A stretch of DNA of 64,000 nt from Planctomycetales bacterium (lineage in GTDB: Bacteria; Planctomycetota; Planctomycetia; Pirellulales; S012-138), in the NCBI GenBank assembly GCA_015488215.1, contig WFOE01000088.1:5646-69645 (forward strand), given 5' to 3'. Below the pieces are notes generated by a model. The model was not told the DNA's origin, made no database searches, and saw only the letters and a list, made by a program, of their open reading frames with translations. The position numbers and the translations under genes were made by a program. Positions within the stretch are counted from its first letter, which is position 1, and each line of letters starts with the position of its first letter. Below, piece by piece: positions 46,326 through 54,510 of the stretch.

Positions 46326-47222
46326 ATGGGTTTGTACGATCGGGAATACTACCAGGACCGTCCCGAAGGGATTGTCATCCCCCCGGTGCAGCAAACCGCG
46401 GTGGGATCGATTATCCTGATCAATGCGTTCGTGTTCATACTGGGATGGCTGCTGGGGCCTGAGTGGCTGTTGGATCGTCTGGCCCTGGGGGCCGACCTGT
46501 TCCAGAGCTGGCACCTGTGGGAGCTGCTCACCGCGGCGTTTGCCCACGCCGGAGTGTGGCACATCCTGCTCAACATGCTGGTGCTTTGGTTCTTCGGCAC
46601 CGACGTGGAGCGGCTCTACGGCCGCAAGCGTTTCTGGCAGTTCTATCTGTCGGCCTCCGTGCTGGCTTCGCTGGGTTGGGTGCTGAGTGAAAACCTGCTG
46701 CTGGGCGTGCGGAGCCCGCACGTGCAGATGGTCGGTGCTTCCGGGGCGGTGGCTGCCGTGGTGATGGTCTTCGTCTGCCACTGGCCCCGCCGGGTGGTGC
46801 TTGTTTGGGGCATTTTGCCCATGCCGGTCTGGCTGCTGGCCCTGCTCTGGTTTGGCATGGACCTGGTCAACTTCGGCAACGAGCTTGTGGGAGCCGGCGG
46901 AGCCAACGTGGCCTATGCGGCCCACCTGTCCGGTGCTTTTGCCGGCTGGGTGTTCTACCGCTGGCACTGGACCGTACTAGACCTGGTTCCCTGGGGCTAT
47001 CTGACCAGCCGGGCAAGTCGTCTGCGCCGCTCCGGACCGCGGCTGCGGGCCTATCGCCCGGAAGAAGACGACGTGGACTCTCTAGACGAGCAGGCGATGG
47101 AAGCCGAGGTGAACCGCCTGCTGGACAAAATCAACGAGCACGGCACCGACAGTCTCACCCCGGAAGAACGCCGCTTTCTGGAACGGGCCGCCCGCAAGGT
47201 CCGCCAGAAGCTGCAATCGTAA
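46326..47222 (+). CDS. rhomboid family intramembrane serine protease
   Basis: Start at MGLYDREYYQ (ATG 46326). HILLNMLVLWFFG, catalytic GASGAV and the downstream AHLSGAFAG histidine. Confidence 0.88.
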   Translation: MGLYDREYYQDRPEGIVIPPVQQTAVGSIILINAFVFILGWLLGPEWLLDRLALGADLFQSWHLWELLTAAFAHAGVWHILLNMLVLWFFGTDVERLYGRKRFWQFYLSASVLASLGWVLSENLLLGVRSPHVQMVGASGAVAAVVMVFVCHWPRRVVLVWGILPMPVWLLALLWFGMDLVNFGNELVGAGGANVAYAAHLSGAFAGWVFYRWHWTVLDLVPWGYLTSRASRLRRSGPRLRAYRPEEDDVDSLDEQAMEAEVNRLLDKINEHGTDSLTPEERRFLERAARKVRQKLQS

Positions 47223-47229
47223 GGGCCCG

Positions 47230-47257
47230 TTGCAAAGCGGCCCGGTTGCCGTAGAAT
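47230..47257 (+). promoter_or_regulatory. candidate sigma70-type promoter (TTGCAA-16 nt-TAGAAT)
   Basis: Read directly; about 59 nt upstream of the nuoA ATG (47317). Sequence-only prediction. Confidence 0.3.
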
Positions 47258-47316
47258 AAGCCCCGATGGGCTGTTCCGCCCGGCGACGCTCCTCCCGGTA
47301 TGCAAAGGCTCCGCCG

Positions 47317-47928
47317 ATGAGCACGCTGACCATTGCCGGCACGCTGGCACTGTTTTTCGTGTTCGGGTTCCTGTTCATCTTTGTGAACTTGTGTATCGGG
47401 CGGCTGTTGCGCCCGCACGACCCGCACGAGGAAAAACAGGAAATCTACGAATGTGGCGAGCCGACCATCGGCTCGGGATTCGTGCAGTTCGACCTGCGGT
47501 TCTACGTGGTGGCGCTGCTGTTCCTCATCTTCGATGTGGAAGTGGCGTTGTTCTTTCCCTGGGCCACCGTCTTCGGCAAGGCCAACGCGTTGCAGGATGT
47601 TCGGGTGTACGCCCAGCCGGCCGCGGTCGGTTCGACGCTGCCGGCCCCGGTGCTGGGCATCTATCGCGAGCTGGGCGTTCCCCAGCAGATGCTCCCCCAG
47701 GGACAGCAAACCGCCCCGGCCCTGCTGCAACAACAAGCCCGGCAACTGGCCGTGTTTTCGTTGTGGGACATTCTGGTGTTTTTCGCCGTGCTGATGGTGG
47801 GCTTTGCCTACGTGTGGTACCGGGGGGACCTGGACTGGGTGCGGGCCTACGCCCGGCCCAAGCCCACTGCCGTGGTGCCGCCGCGCAAGCCTCGGGAACA
47901 GCGTCCCGCGGCATCGGCCCTGGCCTGA
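47317..47928 (+). CDS. nuoA: NADH-quinone oxidoreductase subunit A, with enlarged TM2-TM3 loop and C-terminal tail
   Basis: [40 protein letters not shown] and ...[12 protein letters not shown] are NuoA/ND3 signatures. 203 aa, against a typical ~120-135. Confidence 0.88.
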   Translation: MSTLTIAGTLALFFVFGFLFIFVNLCIGRLLRPHDPHEEKQEIYECGEPTIGSGFVQFDLRFYVVALLFLIFDVEVALFFPWATVFGKANALQDVRVYAQPAAVGSTLPAPVLGIYRELGVPQQMLPQGQQTAPALLQQQARQLAVFSLWDILVFFAVLMVGFAYVWYRGDLDWVRAYARPKPTAVVPPRKPREQRPAASALA

Positions 47929-48010
47929 TGCACCCCCGGGGGCCGGTAGCGAGCCGTTCCATGCCGCAGCAGCCCGCCTTTTCCAGAAAGAAAGTCAAGG
48001 ACCGCCCGCG

Positions 48011-48541
48011 ATGGCCAATCACCCGCTGATCGAACAACTGCAACAGAAGTTCGGCCAGGGGATTACCGGCTGGAACCTGGAGGCAATTGATCCCTGGATC
48101 GAAGTGGCTCCGGACGCCCTGGTGCCCGTGTGCCGGTACCTGAAAGAAGAGCCCTCGTTGCAGTTCAATATGCTCAACTGCATCACGGCCGTGGACTACT
48201 TCGAGCCGGACCCGAAAAAGGCCAAAAAAGTCGATTTCGAGCCGCATCTGGAGCTGGTCTATCACCTGTGGAGCATCCCGAACAAGCGCTCGCTGGTGCT
48301 GAAGGTGATGCTGCCGCGGTGGAAAGACGATCAGGTGGGCCAGTTGCCCGAGGTACCCAGCGTCAGTTGCGTGTGGCGCACGGCCGAGTGGCACGAACGG
48401 GAAGTGTACGACCTTTCCGGGGTGATGTTCACCGGCCATCCCGACCTGCGCCGCATCCTGCTGCCGGAGGACTGGGAAGGCCATCCGTTGCGCAAGGACT
48501 ACCAGTTCCCGCTGGAATACCACGGGATTCGTTGCCAGTAG
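48011..48541 (+). CDS. nuoC: NADH-quinone oxidoreductase subunit C
   Basis: [41 protein letters not shown] signature. ATG 48011. Confidence 0.92.
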   Translation: MANHPLIEQLQQKFGQGITGWNLEAIDPWIEVAPDALVPVCRYLKEEPSLQFNMLNCITAVDYFEPDPKKAKKVDFEPHLELVYHLWSIPNKRSLVLKVMLPRWKDDQVGQLPEVPSVSCVWRTAEWHEREVYDLSGVMFTGHPDLRRILLPEDWEGHPLRKDYQFPLEYHGIRCQ

Positions 48542-48607
48542 TGTTGGAGCAAGATACGACTCGTTCCGGGTTGTTCCCGTCCCGAGAACGCTCAGGAGCT
48601 ATCCGTC

Positions 48608-49819
48608 ATGGACTCGCAGGTGGACTCCGCCTCCCAGGTGATCGAACTGGACGTTCGCACCGACGAGATGCTGGTCAACATGGGCCCGCAGCATCCCAGC
48701 ACGCACGGCGTGTTGCGGCTGGTGCTGCGGACCGACGGCGAGGTGGTTTCGGAAGTCATTCCACACATCGGCTACCTGCACCGCTGCGCCGAGAAGATTG
48801 GCGAGAATCTCACTCCCCGGCAGTGGATTCCCTACACCGACCGGATGGACTACCTGGCCGGGATGAACATGAACCTGGGCTGGGCGCTGACGGTGGAAAA
48901 GCTGCTGGGCCTGCAAGTGACCGAAAAATGCCGGCACTTGCGGGTGATTATCGTGGAGCTGAACCGCATCGCCAGCCACCTGCTGGGCCTGGGGGCCTAC
49001 GGGCTGGACCTGGGGGCCTTCACCCCGTTTTTCTACTGCTTCCGCGAGCGGGAAAAGATTCTGGACCTGTTCGAAGCCGCCTGCGGCGCCCGGCTCACCT
49101 ACAGCTACCTGACCGTGGGCGGGGCCACGCACGACCTGCCGCCCGGTTGGGTCAAGCGGTGCGAGCAGTTCCTGCGCGAGTTCCAGCCGGTGGTGGACGA
49201 GTTGCACACGTTGCTGACCACCAACGCCATCTTCATCCACCGCACGGCCAACATCGGCGTGCTGCCCGCCGAGATGGCCATCGACTACGGCTGCACCGGC
49301 CCGGTGCTCCGCGGCTCGGGCGTGGACCACGACCTGCGCCGCGACGGCGAGGAGTTCTACACTCAGATGTACGACGGCTACGCCTTCGAGGTGGCCGTGA
49401 TGCGGGACGGGCAGTACCCCCGCGACCACAAGTACCCGCCGGTCCCTTCGCAGGCGGTGCTGGGCGACTGCTGGCACCGGTTCTTCGTGCGGATGATCGA
49501 AATCCAGCAATCGATCGACCTGGTCTGGCAAGCCCTGGACAAGTACAGCACCACTCGCGGCTCGATTGGCTCCCCGATCAAGCTGAACCAGAAGCTGCCC
49601 AAGGGCGAAGCCTACCTGGAAACCGAATGCCCGCGGGGGCAGATGGGCTTCATGATCGTAAGCGACGGCAACTCGGCCATCCCGCGCCGCGTGCGTGCCC
49701 GCAGCAGTTCGTTCTGCAATCTGTCGGTGGTCAAGGAGCTGTGCCAGGGGGTACTGATTGCCGACGTGCCGGCCATCATCGGCTCGCTGGACATCGTTAT
49801 GGGCGAGATCGACCGCTAA
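48608..49819 (+). CDS. nuoD: NADH-quinone oxidoreductase subunit D
   Basis: MLVNMGPQHPSTHGVLRLVL..., ...IGYLHRCAEK..., and a C-terminal DIVMGEIDR end. Confidence 0.95.
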   Translation: MDSQVDSASQVIELDVRTDEMLVNMGPQHPSTHGVLRLVLRTDGEVVSEVIPHIGYLHRCAEKIGENLTPRQWIPYTDRMDYLAGMNMNLGWALTVEKLLGLQVTEKCRHLRVIIVELNRIASHLLGLGAYGLDLGAFTPFFYCFREREKILDLFEAACGARLTYSYLTVGGATHDLPPGWVKRCEQFLREFQPVVDELHTLLTTNAIFIHRTANIGVLPAEMAIDYGCTGPVLRGSGVDHDLRRDGEEFYTQMYDGYAFEVAVMRDGQYPRDHKYPPVPSQAVLGDCWHRFFVRMIEIQQSIDLVWQALDKYSTTRGSIGSPIKLNQKLPKGEAYLETECPRGQMGFMIVSDGNSAIPRRVRARSSSFCNLSVVKELCQGVLIADVPAIIGSLDIVMGEIDR

Positions 49820-49835
49820 AGGGCTTGCCCGCCCC

Positions 49836-50074
49836 GGCGAGCCCCGGACTTCAGTCCGGGGGGGTCCGGAGAAACCGGCGAAACCGGAGAAAAACGCTTG
49901 CTCGTTGTTTGCCTCCGGGAAACTGAAGTTCCCGGCTCGCCGTTTGTGAGAATCAGCGCCTGTTCTCGCAATGGTGCGGAAGCACCCGGTCGCCGACGGC
50001 CGTGCCGTCCTCCGCCGACGAAAGTCGGCGGCTCGCCGGGGAGCGATGTTACCCGCGTCTGCTCATAAACGAAT
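49836..50074. repeat. mosaic hairpin-repeat family copy (site R5), inverted partner of 52561-53137
   Basis: GGCGAGC-cccggac-ttca-gtccggg; ccgggaaac-tgaa-gttcccgg-ctcgcc; a GAGAAT..TTCTC stem; ggtgcggaagcacc; ccgccgac-gaaa-gtcggcgg-ctcgcc; terminal block ggggagcgatgttacccgcgtctgctcataaacgaat. Confidence 0.9.
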
Positions 50075-50092
50075 GACGACCCACTTAGCCAC

Positions 50093-50851
50093 CTAAACAG
50101 GTTTCTCCCGGGCGGTGGCTAGTGCCGCTTCGGCCTGTTTCAGCTCCTCGGGAGTGTTGACGCTGATTGATTCCACGGGCAGGTGCACCGGACAGGCCAG
50201 CACCGTCCGCCCCCAACGGTGGAGAATCCCCGGGCAGTCCGTCAGGTAGTATTCGCCCTGTTGGTTTTTGGGTTCGACGCAGGCCAGGGATTCCCAAAGG
50301 TCCTGGGGGCGGAACACGTAGCAACTGAGATTCACTTCGCGGATGCGGCGTTGTTCTTCACTGGCGTCTTTTTCTTCCACGATGGCCTGGAACCGGCCCT
50401 GGGCGTCGCGGACGATGCGGCCGAAACCGTGCGGGTCGTCCTTGATGGCGGTGCCCAGCACGCAGGCGGCCTGGTGGGCGTGGAACTGTTCCAGCAGCTT
50501 CCGGAGCGATTCGGCCCTTACCAGCGGCGAATCGCCGGTAAGTATCAACACCGGCCCTTGGTGGTCCTGGAGCGTTTCCTGGCATACTTGCACGGCGTGG
50601 CCGGTGCCGCGTTGTTGGGCTTGCAGCACGAACTCCGTCTGCGGCCAGGGGGCCAGGGCCTCTTCGACCAGCGGGGCTTGGTGGCCCACAACGACCACCA
50701 CCCGGGGCACGCCCAGGCGCTGGAGTGTGTCCATCACGTAGTGGATCATGGGACGCCCAGCCAGTGGGGCCAGCACCTTGGGCCCGGGCAGGTTCATCCG
50801 TGTCCCTTTGCCTGCGGCCAGCACGACGGCGGCCACATGGTTGTTGTTCAC
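50093..50851 (-). CDS. sugar-1-phosphate nucleotidyltransferase, GlmU N-terminal-domain-like (no acetyltransferase domain)
   Basis: VVLAAGKGTRMNLPGPKVLAPLAGRPMIHYV, QQRGTGHAVQ, LTGDSPLV and QQGEYYLTD follow the GlmU pyrophosphorylase domain. 252 aa from GTG (minus strand 50851), which is preceded by GGAGGA. Confidence 0.85.
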   Translation of the reverse strand: MNNNHVAAVVLAAGKGTRMNLPGPKVLAPLAGRPMIHYVMDTLQRLGVPRVVVVVGHQAPLVEEALAPWPQTEFVLQAQQRGTGHAVQVCQETLQDHQGPVLILTGDSPLVRAESLRKLLEQFHAHQAACVLGTAIKDDPHGFGRIVRDAQGRFQAIVEEKDASEEQRRIREVNLSCYVFRPQDLWESLACVEPKNQQGEYYLTDCPGILHRWGRTVLACPVHLPVESISVNTPEELKQAEAALATAREKPV

Positions 50852-51073
50852 AGCGGGGCTCCTCCAGGGAACGGGGCCATCGGGGGCCTTCCACGCGGCG
50901 GCTGCGTGTAGTGTAGCCCTGGGCGGCCAGCCGCGGCGAGAGCGCTTTGCCCCCTCTGGCAAAGTGGGCGGGCTTTGCTATTCTTTGGGGCGATTCGACC
51001 AAGCGCGAAGCCCAAGGCCGTAGCCGGCCCGATTGCTCTTTCAGCACGCCCTCCCCTAGCGAGGAAACCTGCC

Positions 51074-52489
51074 ATGCCCGTGACCGCCGAGCAGATGAAA
51101 CAGTGGTGTCGCCGCATCCTGGGCCTGTGCCCGGAAGAAACCCACCTGGGCCTGGAAGAATACGTGCGCAGCATCCCCCAACTGGATTCCCTGGCCGAGC
51201 TGCCCGCCGGCAGCGTGGTGCTCGTGCGGGGCGACGTGGATTGTAAACCCGGCCCGCAGGTGGGCCAGGGCGACATCCGCCTGCGGAGCATGTTGGAGAC
51301 GCTTCAGTTCGGCCGCCAGCACGGGTGGAAGCAGGTGGTCTTCGGGCACATTGGCCGCAAGCCGGAAGGGACGCTGGAAAAAGTGGCCGCCCGGCTGGGA
51401 GAGCTGCTGGAAGAGGAAGTGCCGCTGGTGCGGGACTGGCTGGACGAAGACCAGTTGCAAATCGCTCCCGCGGCCCGGGAAGCCATCGCCCAGGCCGAGC
51501 CGGGGTCGGTGCTCATGCTGGAAAACACGCGGCGTTACCAGATCGAACGCGTGCTGTGGAAAGCAAGCGAGGAAGACCTGGACCAGCTTGCCCCTCGCCT
51601 GGCCGCGCTGGCCAGCGCCGTGGCCGAGCAGATTTCTCCCTACTACGTGAATGAAGCCTTCGCCGCCGGAAGCCTGGATACTTCCACCACCGTCCTGCCC
51701 GCGGCCATGCAGCAGGTGGCCCTGGGCCGGTACGTGGCCGGGCAGTTTTCCGGCCCGCTGCTTCGCTGCTTGGAGGCCACGCTGGTCGTCTTCAGCGGCC
51801 TGAAGATCGACAAGCTGGACGACCTGGAGGCAATCGTCCGCCGGGGTCGGGTGCGGGTGGTCTTTTCAGCCGGATCGCTCGCCATGGCCCTGAAGAAAGC
51901 GGCCGCCCGATTGCAGGGAGAGGACTTCTCGCTGGGCGTGGCCGAAGACCCGCAACACAGCGACAAACCGTACTACATCCCCCCGGAGCGAATCGACCAG
52001 GCCACCGAGATTCTGCGGCAGGGCGAGCAGCACGGGGTGAAGTTCGTGCTGCCGGTGGATTTCGTGCTGCAAGACGGCTCGGTCAGCGAGCAGATTGGCC
52101 CGGGCCAGCAACAGTTGGACGTAGGCCCCCGGACCCGGGCGCTGTTCGAGCAGGAGATTGGCAACTACCTTCAACTGCTTGAGCAACAGCCGGAGCTGCC
52201 TCGGGTGGCGTTCCACAACGGCGTGTTCGGCAAGTTCGAAGACGAACGGTTCGCCGAAGGGACCCGGCACTTCGTCGGCCAACTGAAGCGGCTGAAGGAA
52301 AACGGCGTGGAAGTGTACGTGGGCGGAGGCGAAGGCGGAACGGCCCTGGAACGCTACGGCCAGCCCGACTGGGTTACCCACGTCTTCACCGCCGGCGGGA
52401 CGGTGCTCAACGCCCTGGGCGGGGAACCGGTACCCTATCTGGTGGCCCTGCGCATGGCCGCCCAGGGAGCCGTGCGGCAGTGGAGCTGA
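51074..52489 (+). CDS. phosphoglycerate kinase family protein, divergent and long (471 aa)
   Basis: PGK-fold motifs are recognisable but altered: VLVRGDVDCK, FGHIGRKPEG, LMLENTRRY, VNEAFAAGSLDTS, FSGLKIDKL, FHNGVFGKFE, VGGGEGG, VFTAGGTVLNALGG. Confidence 0.75.
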   Translation: MPVTAEQMKQWCRRILGLCPEETHLGLEEYVRSIPQLDSLAELPAGSVVLVRGDVDCKPGPQVGQGDIRLRSMLETLQFGRQHGWKQVVFGHIGRKPEGTLEKVAARLGELLEEEVPLVRDWLDEDQLQIAPAAREAIAQAEPGSVLMLENTRRYQIERVLWKASEEDLDQLAPRLAALASAVAEQISPYYVNEAFAAGSLDTSTTVLPAAMQQVALGRYVAGQFSGPLLRCLEATLVVFSGLKIDKLDDLEAIVRRGRVRVVFSAGSLAMALKKAAARLQGEDFSLGVAEDPQHSDKPYYIPPERIDQATEILRQGEQHGVKFVLPVDFVLQDGSVSEQIGPGQQQLDVGPRTRALFEQEIGNYLQLLEQQPELPRVAFHNGVFGKFEDERFAEGTRHFVGQLKRLKENGVEVYVGGGEGGTALERYGQPDWVTHVFTAGGTVLNALGGEPVPYLVALRMAAQGAVRQWS

Positions 52490-52560
52490 ACGGGGCCAAG
52501 CCCCCACTGCGTCGAGACGGACAGACCGAAGGGCCAGGGGGCCGCACTAAGTGGATAGCA

Positions 52561-53195
52561 ATTCGTTTTTGAGCAGACGCGGGTCGCATCGCTCCCCGAC
52601 GAGCCGCCAGCTTTAATCGGCCGAAGACAGCGAGCCGGGAGCGTAAGCTCCCGGAGTGCAAGAAAAAGAGCAAACGCCGGTATGTTCGCCGCTCCGCGAG
52701 CTGACACTCGCGGCTCGCTGGATGCGCGACAACGTGCTAGCACTCACACTCGGCGAGCCGGGAACTTTCTCGGCGAGCCGCCGACTTGAGTCGGCGGAGG
52801 CGTGGAGGCTTGGGGGCTTGGAGGGGAGCTTTCGCTCCGGACAAGAATCGGCTTGCGGCGTGCGTCTTGCGGCTTGCGTGTGGAGCTTCCGCTCCGATGC
52901 GAGAATAATCGCCGATTTTAACTCGGCGAGCCGCCGACTTGAGTCGGCGGAGGACGGCACGGCCGTCGGCGACTGGGTGCTTCCGCACCAGTGCCAGAAC
53001 AGGCGCTGATTCTCACAAACGGCGAGCCGGGAACTTTCTCGGCGAGCCGCCAGCTTTAGCTGGCGGAGGAGAAACAACGAACAAGCGTTTCCTCCGGTTT
53101 CTCCGGCTCTCCCCGGACTGAAGTCCGGGGCTCGCCGTGAAGTCCGGGGCTCGCCGAAGCGCCGAGTCGAGGCGTCGGCTGCTTTGATCAAAGAC
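52561..53195. repeat. largest array of the mosaic hairpin-repeat family (site R6)
   Basis: About 635 bp built only of family modules: the terminal ATTCGTTTTTGAGCAGACGCGGGT block, at least 8 GGCGAGC-hairpin units with five different stems, a G-rich tract, gtcttgc/ggcttgc heptamers, ggagcttccgctcc and ggtgcttccgcacc hairpins, and a tttgatcaaa palindrome. Confidence 0.9.
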
Positions 53196-53213
53196 AATGA
53201 ACCGGGTACATAG

Positions 53214-54014
53214 TTACGGCTGCAAAAGCGTCCCCCCGCCCGAAGCGGCCGGCTGCGGCCCGGTGCGCCGCCGGGCTTTGACCCTCACAAACGGCGGCAG
53301 ATAGCGGCTACGGTGGGCAAACGAACCCGGCTCGGCCCCGGGGCGCCCGTGCCGCGGTTCCTGAAGGTCTTCGATGACAAACCCGGCCCGGCACATCCCG
53401 CCTAGCAGCGCTTCCCAGGTGTGCAGGTATTCCCGGGTGCCCGCTTCGCGGTGCAGTCCCGGCTCGTCCTCGGGCAGGGGACCCCGGTGGTCGTAGGGCA
53501 CGCGCAACACGTAGCCCTGCGGGCCGGGGCGGCTGCTGGCTTGCAAGGCGGCGGGCTGTTTGTGCTGGCTCACGTAAAGCCCGCCTGGTTCCAGCACCCG
53601 GGCCACTTGCTCGAACACCCGTTGCACCCGCGGCACGTAGCACGTGCTGACCGGCTGCACCACCACCTGGAAGCTCGCCGGGGGGAACATCGATAAGTCT
53701 TCCATGCTGGTTTGCACGGTGCGAATCACCAGGCGGTGCCGGGCGGCCAGTTGGCGATCCAGGGCCAGCATTTCGCCGCTCAAATCCACCACAGTCACCT
53801 CGGCCCCGGCCAGGGCATAGAGAATGCCGTGCTTGCCTCCGCCGGCGGCCAGGCAAAGCACGCGCCGTCCCTGAAGCTCGTCCCGCAGCCAGCCGTCCTG
53901 CTGCAATCCGGCCAGCAGACGCCGGAGCTGGCGATCCTCCACCGGGCGGGTGAATCGCTGTCCCCGGGCCACGTAGCGGTCCCATTGGCGGCGGTTGTGT
54001 TCCAGATGGTCCAT
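53214..54014 (-). CDS. class I SAM-dependent methyltransferase
   Basis: Start moved to MDHLEHNRRQW (minus-strand ATG 54014). Motif I VLCLAAGGGKHGILYALAGAEVTVVDLS. Confidence 0.82.
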   Translation of the reverse strand: MDHLEHNRRQWDRYVARGQRFTRPVEDRQLRRLLAGLQQDGWLRDELQGRRVLCLAAGGGKHGILYALAGAEVTVVDLSGEMLALDRQLAARHRLVIRTVQTSMEDLSMFPPASFQVVVQPVSTCYVPRVQRVFEQVARVLEPGGLYVSQHKQPAALQASSRPGPQGYVLRVPYDHRGPLPEDEPGLHREAGTREYLHTWEALLGGMCRAGFVIEDLQEPRHGRPGAEPGSFAHRSRYLPPFVRVKARRRTGPQPAASGGGTLLQP

Positions 54015-54070
54015 CGGCAACAAGGGGTTCCGTGGCACCGGGCGGAGGGCGGGCTGCGGCAGGGGGTGGC

Positions 54071-54409
54071 TCAACTCTTCCGAGGCGGGACGGCCACTTG
54101 GACTTCGTCCCCTTGCACCCTTACCGGAAACGTATCGACCCGCAGCTTGGGGTTGTCGCACCAGGTTCCTTCGCGGATGCAGAACCGCCAGGCGTGCCAG
54201 GGGCAGGCGACCACGCCGTCGTTGACCTCGCCGCCAGCCAGCGAGGCTCCCTGGTGCGGGCAGAAGTCGTCGATGGCCCAGTAGCGCCCTTCCCAGTAAA
54301 ATACGGCCACGGTGCGGCCCGCCACGGGAAAGGCGCGTCCCTGGCCCTCGGGTATCTCGCCCACTCGGCACACGGTGTGGTATTCCAGCTCGGGGGAAGG
54401 AGCGTCCAT
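54071..54409 (-). CDS. Rieske [2Fe-2S] protein, NirD-like small subunit
   Basis: CPHQGASLAGG...ACPWHAWRF (C-x-H ... C-x2-H); 112 aa. Confidence 0.88.
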   Translation of the reverse strand: MDAPSPELEYHTVCRVGEIPEGQGRAFPVAGRTVAVFYWEGRYWAIDDFCPHQGASLAGGEVNDGVVACPWHAWRFCIREGTWCDNPKLRVDTFPVRVQGDEVQVAVPPRKS

Positions 54410-54510
54410 GGTGGGTCGTCGTTCCTCGGCAAAAAACGGCTCGGTAGAAACAACCAGCCGGTACGGTCGCGGCTTCGTCGGTTCAGGTCCATTCTAAAAG
54501 GCTTATCCCG

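Noticed and set aside
47929-48010. Hidden or frameshifted nuoB between nuoA and nuoC
   Set aside because: The gap is only 82 nt. The alternative-frame ORF 47391..48029 has none of the NuoB cysteine motifs, so nuoB is simply not in this window.
49836-53137. Composite transposon or mobile cassette call for the inverted-repeat-bracketed segment
   Set aside because: There is no transposase, integrase or recombinase inside or beside it, and I could identify no direct target duplications. The arms belong to an abundant dispersed family. It is kept as an observation (finding) but not annotated as a mobile element.
53111-53157. RNase P RNA-like string (ctgaagtccggggctcgcc resembles the GAGGAAAGUCCGGGCUC core)
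   Set aside because: The string is part of the multi-copy hairpin unit (also at 24840, 39271, 49843). It forms a simple local hairpin, and none of the other conserved RNase P regions follow.
52561-53195. Possible CRISPR array
   Set aside because: The repeated units have different stems, lengths and orientations, and their spacing is irregular (for example units near 52772, 52925 and 53041). The sequences between units are themselves repeated elsewhere, and there are no cas genes in the window.
52613-53197. 194-aa minus-strand ORF spanning the large intergenic array
   Set aside because: Its translation is a read-through of repeat modules (GEPRTSRRAPDFSPGRAGE..., SADSSRRLAE... twice). The same peptide fragments appear in other frames and strands at other repeat copies. 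There is no start context or family resemblance, so it is not treated as coding.
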